NCBI RefSeq assembly: GCF_009914755.1
Contig: NC_060934.1
Direction: 5' to 3' (one strand)
DNA: 64,000 nucleotides
Source: the human T2T-CHM13v2.0 reference genome, Homo sapiens
In this document: piece after piece, positions 54,294 through 64,000 of the stretch
Position numbering within the stretch: position 1 is the first letter of the stretch
Layout: every line of letters starts with the position of its first letter
Translations under genes and position numbers: made by a program
Notes under the pieces: model-generated
The model's input: the letters and a program-made list of their open reading frames with translations, nothing else
Database searches by the model: none
Told to the model about the DNA's origin: nothing

Positions 54294-54653
54294 TGTTTTA
54301 GTCTATTCAGAATATTATAACAAAAATACCATAGACTGGTGTCTTAAACAACAAAAATTTATTTCTCACAGTTCTGGAGGCCGGGAACTTTAAGTTCAAG
54401 ACACCAGCAGATTTGCCATCTGGAGAGGGCCCGCTTCCTGGTTAATAGACAGCTCTCTTCTTGCTGTGTTGTTCCATGGTGGCAAAGGTAAGGGAACTCT
54501 CTGGGGTCTCTTTTATAAGGGCACTAATCCCAATTATGAGGGCTCCATCCTCATGACCTATTCAACTTCCAAAAACTCCACCTCCTAATACCATCAAATT
54601 GAGGGTGAGGATTTAAACATATAAATTAGGGGGGTCACATTCAGTCCACGTCA
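54294..54653 (-). mobile_element. MLT1A0-like MaLR solo LTR
   Basis: Complete LTR; perfect TSD CCTCT (54289-54293, 54654-54658). Confidence 0.92.
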
Positions 54654-56954
54654 CCTCTGTTACAAAAAGATAATACCAGTCTGGGTCCCCAAATACAGGG
54701 CTACAATAGACACCATTCAGTTAGATTTTAATGTAAATTATAGCCTCTGGGGGCAGTTCTCAATGGTGGCCTGAACAGATGGTTCCTCTAGGATCACTTT
54801 CTCTCAATTACACACAGGCAGCCAGGGTACAAAGAACTAGAAGTAACCATAGAGATCTCTGTAACACTTGGCCCCAGCCCTAGGCAGAGTGGAGGTCAGC
54901 CTGTTGCCACACAGAGATTTTCAAACTAGAGCATAACTTCAATTAATTAAAACTAGAACCAGAAATGCATCTTTAAAGCCCACAAGGAAGGAAAACCCCT
55001 TTGCACTGAAGCAAGTGAAATGGCCATAGTAAAAGTACACGTGGTGCTGGCGTTTTTATTTTACTAGCTGTGAAGATGGGTTACTGGATAAGAAAAAGCA
55101 TATGGAGCACTTAGCACTAATATACCTGCAGCTGAACAGTCGGTGCACTAGCTGCTTTTCCTTCCCCTAATGTCTATGTCAGAGACAGTCAAGACACACA
55201 TGGGCCCTGTGCCAAGTGCTTCTGAGCAAGGGAAAGGCCCCAATTCTAGCCTGCAGTACAATGTCAATCAAAACCCACCAGAAGGCATTTATTTTAGGAT
55301 TCTTCTCTTTCCAACAAGGGTTTTCTTCCATCTATGGAAGTACTCATAGTGGAACAAGCTAGACATCATAAGGTGAATGACATTGACTTCTCATTTCCTT
55401 TAGCAATTGGATCACTTTGGACTAAACTTATGACTGAAATAAAAACACTCCTTTCTAAAGAGGGCGCTGCATATTCCCAGAGTTCCTACGATTCCAACTG
55501 CTATCTGCTCCCACCAGAGGTGACTGCATCAACACCAGTTAGAACAACTGTTTGGGTTCTATTATTCAAAGCCTCTTGGAGACAAGAGAAGACAAATGAA
55601 CACTTACTGACCAGCTGCTGTGTAAAGTTTGCACAGTCTAACCTTACCTTCCCACAGTTTTTAGCTCATTTGTCTGAAGGGTAATTCTCCATCATTTCTT
55701 CTTAAATTAAATGTTATAAACCTCATCATCCTTTCTCTGTTTAGGAACACTTATTGGAATTCAAATTTACATGTCAGCTTAATTGTGGAGAATCATTTAG
55801 AATAGAAAATGAGTTTCAAAGATAAGTAGGCAGTTTGGGTGTTTGTGACATTGACATAGTTGTACAGAATGTCAGATTTATGTCAAGGGTTTGAGGTAGC
55901 AGAGCCTCAAGGTAGCTATTGTGTTCATTGTTCCACAGAATGGATTTTATGTCCATTTTCTGCAGCTACTCTGAGATTAATAACAGAGCTACAAGTTGCC
56001 CTAGCAACATCTAGTTCACTACGTGTAAGTCTTCCTCTGAGGTTGTCCAAAGGCACTGGACTCCAGGCTGCCATTTCTCCTACACTGTACTTTCCTCTGA
56101 GATGCCAATGGTCCCTTTTACTCATCCATTTACTTGGACATTGAGAGAATATTGATGAGCACCATAAGTCCAAGACTTGGAGACAATATGACATGCACTC
56201 TACCCTCTAGCAGCTTACAGCTCATGGGCATGGACATGAACAGCTCATACAATGTGACGAAAGTGTGATTAAGGGACAAGATCCAAGTGCTACTTGAAGT
56301 TAGCCATGTTAACCACATTGAGGCATTAGGGAAGGCCTCTAAGGAGGTCATGTCTGAGCTGTCAGGACAGCAAGGAAGTTTTCCTTGTATAAAAAGTTGG
56401 ATACAGAATCCTAGCTGGCAGGAACATATGAGAAGAGGCTGGAGGCATAAGGGCTACCAGGAGCTTCGTGCAGTTGGAGATCAGGGTGTGACTCTAGAGA
56501 GAGCTGTAGCCAACATATCAGAAAGTCTCTGGTATCTTATTCTTCAGCTCTGGTTACTTTGCCCTTGTTGCTTGGATCAAAATACACATCTGAGCACAAA
56601 TGAAAGGGAGACAGATATGGGAGAAGGAGAAAGGAGGCTATTTTCCAGAGAGTCTGTGGCAGCTCGAGTGAGGAGCCTTGCTTTTTTGAGAGAAGGTGGC
56701 CCGGAGTTGCAGCTTTCGAACAATAACATTCAATGGACCAAGGTATATTTTGTGGTAGACAACACAAATAACTTCTAAAAAGAAGGAGTAAATCACCTGG
56801 ACTGTTATAACGCAAGGAAAGAGTTTTTCTCTGAAGGGTAAAAAGGAAAAATGGAATTTTATCTTTCTGGATCATTTTAAATTGACACCTGTACTAACAC
56901 ATGGCTTCAACAAATCCTGTATAACTTCTTCATTTTTGATTAATATGACTGTAT

Positions 56955-57075
56955 TTATCTAAAATTGGCAAGATGTGAATATCATGTTCACTGGGCTATT
57001 GCAAGGAATACATAAATTACATACAAGAAAGTGCCCATCACAGGGTTTGACACATAATACAGAATCAGAAAATAT
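56955..57075 (+). mobile_element. MIR 3' fragment
   Basis: tctaaaattgg...gggctattgcaaggaatacataa...aaagtgcccatcacagggtttgacacata. Confidence 0.55.
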
Positions 57076-60000
57076 GTCTCCCTTTTTGCCCCTTCTTTTC
57101 TGCATTTCTTTCTTTTTGCTTCTTCTTTCTTTGATTATTTTGATGGCCGAGGGAGATATAAACTAGCTACGACTTTTTACAAGTGAGCTGTTGAATTTTT
57201 GTCTACCAAAATCCATCCATTGAAATAACAGTGGCAGGTTCTTTCAAATTGTTCAGCTCATTTTCACCCTTGTGATTGTTGACAGTAAATTCTTGAAACT
57301 GAAATGGGTTTCCTGACCACACTTCCCCTCCTTGTCACACATGGAGGCCCTTGTTTGCTGTGAGAACTTATTCCTAAGTCTATTACTGAGAGGGCTGATG
57401 CTAATGTAGAAAAACAACCATAGGCTATTTTCTTTGGAAATAAAAGAAGGTGTGTGGTAGTGAAGCTTCCAAAGACCTGGGGACTTAGTATGTATTCATA
57501 GAGTCTTGACTTGAGCTCTTATACTTCACAGGGGGCGGGGTGGGGGGCTCTGTGTAACCCCGTGGTGTAGGACTGAGTGATTCTCTCAGACCGAGAAATG
57601 GGCAACCAATAGAACTGAATGCTGCAGAGAGAACTGAAATTGATGACCAAAGAGCTTGCACTTTCAAAGTGGGACTTAATTAAACACAGGGATGCAAGAA
57701 CCTTAGAAAAAAATGGGTGTTTCAAATGAATAAACTCTAACCTTTTGGCATTCTCCCAAGAAAGCCACTGCCAGCACTGTTGTTTCTAAACATAGGTGTG
57801 ATTATCATGCCTATCTGTGCAAACCTTAACTAACTGTTCATTGCCTTCAATATAAAGTTTTAAGTCTATTTTAATGGATAAATAAAACTCAAGTATTTAG
57901 AATTACTTCTGAGCACCTAAGACATATCAGTGAAACATCAATTTTGGCTTCCCCATGCTTTCTCTGGGTCTCCAAGTTCTCTGTATAAAGCTGAAGCTAG
58001 GAATGGAATGATTAGTGACTCTAAGGGAAAAATTTCTGCAGAGGTGGGCTATCCATCTGCCATCATGGGTGCTATCCTTGCAGTTGGCTCATGAGGTGTT
58101 TCAGATACTCTGCAGTGGTGGCTGTGCATTCTTAGCATGCCAGAGACCTGGAATACAGCCTCCTGCTTTCCCTCACTCAAGCCATGCCCTGAGAACAAGA
58201 CTGGCCAGCCAGATTGTGAGCAGGTCTCTGTTTCTTACCTATTGGTCTACTGACCCCAAAGTCACATTTTCGCCTCCTGTTTCTCAAACCTTCCTGCACT
58301 GAAAGATAATAAATTGTGAGCAGAGAAGTCAAAATTCCTTTGGACTCTGGTTTTCCAAAGATACCACCTAAAAGTCCAGTTTTCCCAGCAATATGCTGGG
58401 CCATGTGTACATTTCAAACTTCGGCTGAAAACACATTTCACAACAGCTATCATAAGGGAACAGAGAAAACACAACCATTGTTTAAAAGCCAGAAGTGGGT
58501 GGTGGTCCTAGTCAAGAATTGTTGGAAGACAAAACAATGTCGTCTTGTTGGTCTATGAACCACCATTGGGAAGCAGTGTTCTCCACCAGTGGTTCCCAAA
58601 ATGGGCTGCACACACTCAGGGGATGCTTAAGATCACCCACTGTAACATGGATAGAAAGCATTAAGACCTTTCTTCCTATACGTTCTTAAAAAAAAAAAGG
58701 AACAAGAATGAAGCTTTACTTCTTTACTTGGTCCACATACTAGATGGCCCTGCCTCAAGTTTAGCTGATGAAATATCAAGGTGCCAAAACAGAAAGGAGT
58801 TGGCAGTAATGCCTTACCCTTCATTCACTTGTGACACATCATGTTGTGTTGCAATTTCTATTTGTCTGGTTAATGGATTTATCACTTATCTAGTTTAAAC
58901 TAAACTAGCCTTCTTATGATAGACAAATGGCTTTTAAAATTCCTGCAAAGAAACCACAGATTGAAGGTACCGTGTAGAATGCAAGGAAAAGAGAAAAGTC
59001 CATAAAACAACAGTGTAGACACTTCCATACATAGATGAGCACCTTTTATCCACCTTAAGAAGTAAAAGCAGTGGTAATATCATGATATCTGACATGAATT
59101 TGCCACAGAGAAAATCAAAATTCCAAGCTACTTGAAATATCTTTAAAAACAATATGATTCTTAGAAGCTTTGCCCTAAGTCTATATTTTGGTATTAACTA
59201 ATGATAGCACAGTGCCAAAGTAAGAAAATAATGTTAAAATGGCTTATCTTAACTTAGCCTTTTAAAATTTACTTTTTTCATAGTCATAACATAAGAGTCG
59301 TAACATAAAAATTACTGATGGGAGTATTATTAACACATTTGAGGATCATTGCTCTAGGAATTTATGATGATTAGATGAAAAACATACTAACATCAAAAAT
59401 CCTTAATTCTTGTTAGTCCACCCCTCAAGCCACCTACTCGTAGTTGGCATTTTACCATGGAATGATGAGGGAGATCATTTTAATCACTACTCTCATAAAA
59501 TGTCACAAAAAGTGCAGTTTCATAATTAAGTAAATTGTCTGAATGGAAAATATGGGCTTGTTATAATGTTTTGGTACATCGAGTTATGTTTAGCACAGGA
59601 CTTAATTCAGCCGTTGCTGATGGCAGATCTGCTCCCCTTCCGGGCTAAGAGAAGCACTCTGTGTGTCTCACAGAGCATAGGAGCCTCCACTTAGATAGGC
59701 CCTTGCACTTTTCCATACAGGCTTTGGAGGAGAGAGGTCTCAGAGAAGTCCTGAAGTTTTCAGGACATGTTAACTTCTCTGGAGACTGTTACAGTTGGGA
59801 GAAGAGGGGATAATGAATTTCACTGTGGCTGCATAGAAGGTATTGTGGCTAGCAACAATCCAAATGAAACCACATTAAAGAGTGAGTTCGCAGCTATTAG
59901 TTTTAATCAGGAGAGAGACATGGGATTCAGAATTATAAGTGTTTTGTAACAACATTAGTTCAATGTGCTGTTTCAGCCATAAAGGGCAGTAAAATGTGAG

Positions 60001-60136
60001 ATACTGTCAAGAGGAGGATTGAAAGCAACAGCTTCTGCCATTAAATCTAGATTTAGTGAATCTTTGATTGAATACCTGCTATAGGTCTGCGTATTGTAAG
60101 TAAGTTCTGCTTACTGCAATTTAAAATAGATTCAGA

Positions 60137-60178
60137 CATTTATCAATTATACCTCAATAAAGCTAGAATAAAATAAAA
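60137..60178 (+). mobile_element. 42-bp extreme 3' L1M tail
   Basis: tcaattatacctcaataaagct plus A-rich tail; perfect 15-bp TSD taaaatagattcaga. Confidence 0.7.
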
Positions 60179-60710
60179 TAAAATAGATTCAGAGAGTTGG
60201 AAAACTCCAGGAAAATAGCAACTAGCATAATCATTGAAAAACCACCAAATGAAGATGGAATATAGTTATAATGAAGATAGAATATAGTTATAAATTATTA
60301 TTATAGCTATACTTTCTATAATAGAATACAGTTATAAGGTGAAGATGGCAGAGGGACAGGAGCAGGCTTATAAGAAAACAAAGAAGAGTAATCAAAAAGA
60401 AATGGAAACCAGGTGATCCAATTATGTTTCCATGAGTACAATGATTGTTTCCCTGAACAAATAACCCAAATTAAAATTGTTGAAAGGGTAGGATATCAAA
60501 AGCAAGACTCCAACTCCACCTTCAGGTGTTTCAGCACCTGAAGGTGTTTCAGCACAAGGTCACTTTAATATACAGAATTACTATGAGCTTCTGATACATA
60601 CCATAACACTATTAACTAATGTGAGCTAATATCAAGCTTTTAACTGAGCTAAATTTCAAGAAGCAAAGGCCCCTTCTCTTGCTGTAGGTAAGGCTTCCAC
60701 GTACTCTGGG

Positions 60711-62020
60711 CTACAACTATCTAATCTTCAACAAAGCTGACAAAAAAAGCAATGGGAAAAACACTCTCTATTCAATACATGGTGCTGGAGTAACTAGCTA
60801 GCCATATCCAGAAGAGTGAAGCTGGACCCCTTCTTTACACCATATATGAAAATCAGCTCAAGAGAGTTAAAGACTTAAATGTAAAACCCAAACAAATAGG
60901 AACACTGGAAGACAACCTAGGCAATATCATCCTGGACATAGGAACAGGCAAAGATTTCCATGACAGAGACACCAAAAGCAATTGCAACAAAACCAAAAAT
61001 TGACCAGTGGGATCTAATTAAACTTAAGAGCTTCTGCACAGCAAAAGAAATTATCAACAGGGTAAACAGATGACCTACATAATGGAAGAAAATATTTGCA
61101 AACTATGCATCTGACAAAGGACTAATATCCAGCATCTATAAAAACTTAAGCAAATCTATAAGAAAAAAACTCATTAAAAAAGTGGGCAAAGGACATCAAC
61201 AGATGCTTCTCAAAAGAAGACATACATGAGGCCAACAAGCATATGAAAAAAAGCTCAATATCACTGATCATTAGAGAAATGCAAATCAAAACCACAATAA
61301 GATACCATCTCACACCAGTCAGAATAGCTATGATTAAAAAGCCAAAAAATAGCATACTGGCAAGGCTGCAGAGAAGAGGGAACACTTATACACTGTTGGT
61401 GGGAGTATAAATTAGTTCAACCATTGTGGGAAGCAGTATGGTTTCTCCTCAAAGAGCTAAAAGCAGAACTATCACTCAACACAGCAATCCCATTTCTGAG
61501 TATATACCCAGAGAAATAGAAATAATTCTACCGTAGAGATACATGCATGTGAATGTTCATTGCAGCACTATTCACAACAGCAAAGACATGGAATCAACCT
61601 AAATGCTCATCAATGACAGATTGGGTAAAGAAAATGCAGTACATATACACCACGGAATATTATGCAGCCATAAAAATTGAGATAATGTCTTTTGTGGGAA
61701 CAGGGATGGAACTGGAGGCTACTATCCTTAGGAAACTAATGCAGGAAAAGAAAACCAAACACTGCATGTTCTCACTTATAAGTTGAAGCTAAATAATATA
61801 AACTTATGAACACAAGGAAGAAAACAACAGACACTGGGGTCTACTTGATGGGGGAGGGTGAAAGGAGGGAGAGGAGCAGAAAAGATAACTATTGGGTACT
61901 GGGCTTAATACTTGGGTGATGAAATAATAGGTTAACAAACCCCCATGACACATGTTTACCCACGTAACAAACCTTCCCGTGTACCTCTAAACCTAAAATA
62001 AAAGTTAAAAAAGTTAAAAA
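60711..62020 (+). mobile_element. L1PA12-like 5'-truncated L1
   Basis: ORF2 C-terminus (MFIAALFTTAKTWNQPKC) and 3'UTR ending aaacctaaaataaaagtt. Confidence 0.92.
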
Positions 62021-62408
62021 TATACCAACATAATAAAATAAAGGAAATAATAATTTCTTATGCAATGTTTTCTCTTTCACAGTCCACTCAGGGAATCTTC
62101 ACTCCTTTGCTCTTCTGAGTCATCTGCAATCTACTGTGGCACATGCCTCCGGTACCATATCAATAGAAGAGCTCTTCTGGCCTGGTACTAGGTGGCAAAA
62201 TAGACATCTCCTTAAATTACCCATTAGAGATCACTGAGAAATGGATGGAAAAATTAGTGCTGAGCCCCTTGCAGAAGCAGATACCTCATTCATCTGCCTC
62301 ATTTGGTACTATAATACTATTACCTCAAATTACAAATTCACTGCACTTTCATCATGTTTTTACAAAGGGAGATTGGCCTGCCTGCAGAATCCAAGAAATT
62401 AGACAGGG

Positions 62409-62826
62409 TATGTTAGCCCATTCTTGCATTGCTCTAAGGAAAATACCCAAGGCTGGGTAATTTATAAAGATAAGTTGAATTGGCTCATCATTCTGTGTGC
62501 CGTATAAGTAGCATGATGCCAGAATCTGCTGGTGGTGAGGGCCTCAGGAAGCTTCCACTCATGGTGGAAGATGAAGCAGGAACAAACATGTCACACAGGG
62601 AGAGAGGTAGAGGTAGCAAGAGCGAGGAAGAGGTACCATGCTCTTTTAAACAAGCAGACTTTGTGTGAATTCCGAGTGAGAATCACTGATCACCAAGGAG
62701 ATGGTGTTAAACCATTCATGAGGGAACCTAGCTAATGATCCAATCACTCCCACAAGGCCCCACCTCAACCCTGGGAGTCACATTTCAACATGAGATTTGG
62801 AGGGGCCAAACATCCGAACCGTGTTA
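62409..62826 (-). mobile_element. MSTA-like 3' LTR
   Basis: MST LTR pattern abutting internal sequence at the PPT (ttctgcccctgg). Confidence 0.88.
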
Positions 62827-63650
62827 TTCTGCCCCTGGACCCCTAAATCTCATGTTCGTCTAACATTGCAAATTCAATCATCCTTTTCAGATAGTTCCCC
62901 AAAGTCTTAACTTGTTCCAGTATTAACTCAAAGTCAAAAGTTCAAAGTCTCACCTGAGACTGAAGGTACAATTCTTCCACCTGTGAACCTGTAAAATCAA
63001 AACGAAGTTATTTACTTTCAAGTTACAATGGTGGTACAGGCATTGGGTAAACATTCCCATTCTAAAGGGGAGAAATTGGCCAAAATAAAGGGGTAACATG
63101 TCCAACACAAGTCTTAAACCCAGTAGGGCAGTTATTAAATCTTAAAGCTACAACATAATCTTTGACTGCATGTCTTGCATCACGGTGTGAGAGGTGGGCT
63201 CCCAAAGTCTTGGGCAGCCCTGCCCTTGTGGCTTTGCAGGGTACATCCTTTGTGGCTGCTCTCGTGGTTGGAGTTGAGTGTCTGTGGGCTTTTCTAAGAA
63301 GAGGTTACAAGTTGACAGTGGATCTACCATTCTGGGGTCTGGAGGGCAATGGCCCCTTCCCACAGCTCCACTCAGCAGTGCCCTGGTAGGGACTCTGTGT
63401 GGGGGCTCCAACCCTACCTCTCCCCTTGGCACTACCCTAGTAGAAGTTTGCTTTTGGGACTCCATGTCTGCGGCAGGTTTTTGCCTGGGCACCCAGGGTT
63501 TCCCATACATTCTCTGAAATCTAGAAGGAAGCTGCCAAGCCTCCTTCATGTTTTCATTCTATATATGTCCCTGAAGGCCTAACACCACATGAAAGCCACT
63601 GTCTCATGGCTTGCACCATCTGAAGTGGTGGCATGAGCTGTACCTGGGGC
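62827..63650 (-). mobile_element. MST-int (MaLR internal) 3' part, 5'-truncated
   Basis: Minus ORF 63148-63549 RFQRMYGKPWVPRQK...GLEPPHRVPT matches the MaLR internal ORF. Confidence 0.88.
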
Positions 63651-64000
63651 CAGATTTGGAAGGAACAAACATCCCTACCATATAACAGGGCATGCATAAT
63701 TTGGCCAAGAACAACATCCATTCCCCATATCTTGAGCTATAAGAATTATGACCTGTTCTGTAAGGTCAGGTAATTAGTTCTTCCTGTTGTCATTTCCCAT
63801 GATGATCTCTCTAGAACTTCTTATTGGTACTCTGAGAACTGTCTTGTTAAAATGTGAACTGAAATAAGCCCTTTTCTACTTGTCTCAGTGTTGAAGTTAA
63901 ATTATCTTGTAGCTCTCAATTCCCAGTCCTCTCATGGTTTTGGATACATGGAATGTCTTAGATATTTATAAAGAAAAGCTTGTGTAGATAGTATGATCAA

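Noticed and set aside
55454-55470. CTCF site (aagagggcgctg); similar core near 4988-5002 on the minus strand
   Set aside because: Only the 3' half of the motif matches, which is too weak without ChIP data.
60530-60550. REST/RE1 site (ttcagcacc)
   Set aside because: Only the left half-site is present; the GGACAG half is absent.

Overview
This is primate (probably human or ape: AluY and AluS are present) non-coding DNA dominated by interspersed repeats. I found no intact host protein-coding gene, RNA gene or CRISPR array. Most ORF-track entries are chance or repeat-derived frames. The centrepiece (34219-48449) is a nest of retroelements. An old class I ERV (tRNA-Lys PBS, paired ~510-bp LTRs) contains a MER4-type internal region, a MER4-family LTR and two separate integrase C-terminal remnants. 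It is interrupted by an L1PA15/16-like 3' fragment, and that L1 is interrupted by a full-length 6.57-kb HERV-L provirus (MLT2A1 LTRs, CTGAG TSD, gag-pro-pol-dUTPase, all decayed). Elsewhere there are MaLR LTRs (THE1, MST, MLT1), six Alus, L1/L2/MIR fragments, microsatellites, short template-switch-type hairpins and two candidate homeodomain-motif enhancers. Several LTRs carry DUX4-type motifs. Repeat family names come from remembered consensus sequences, not from a database search. Boundaries without a TSD are approximate.
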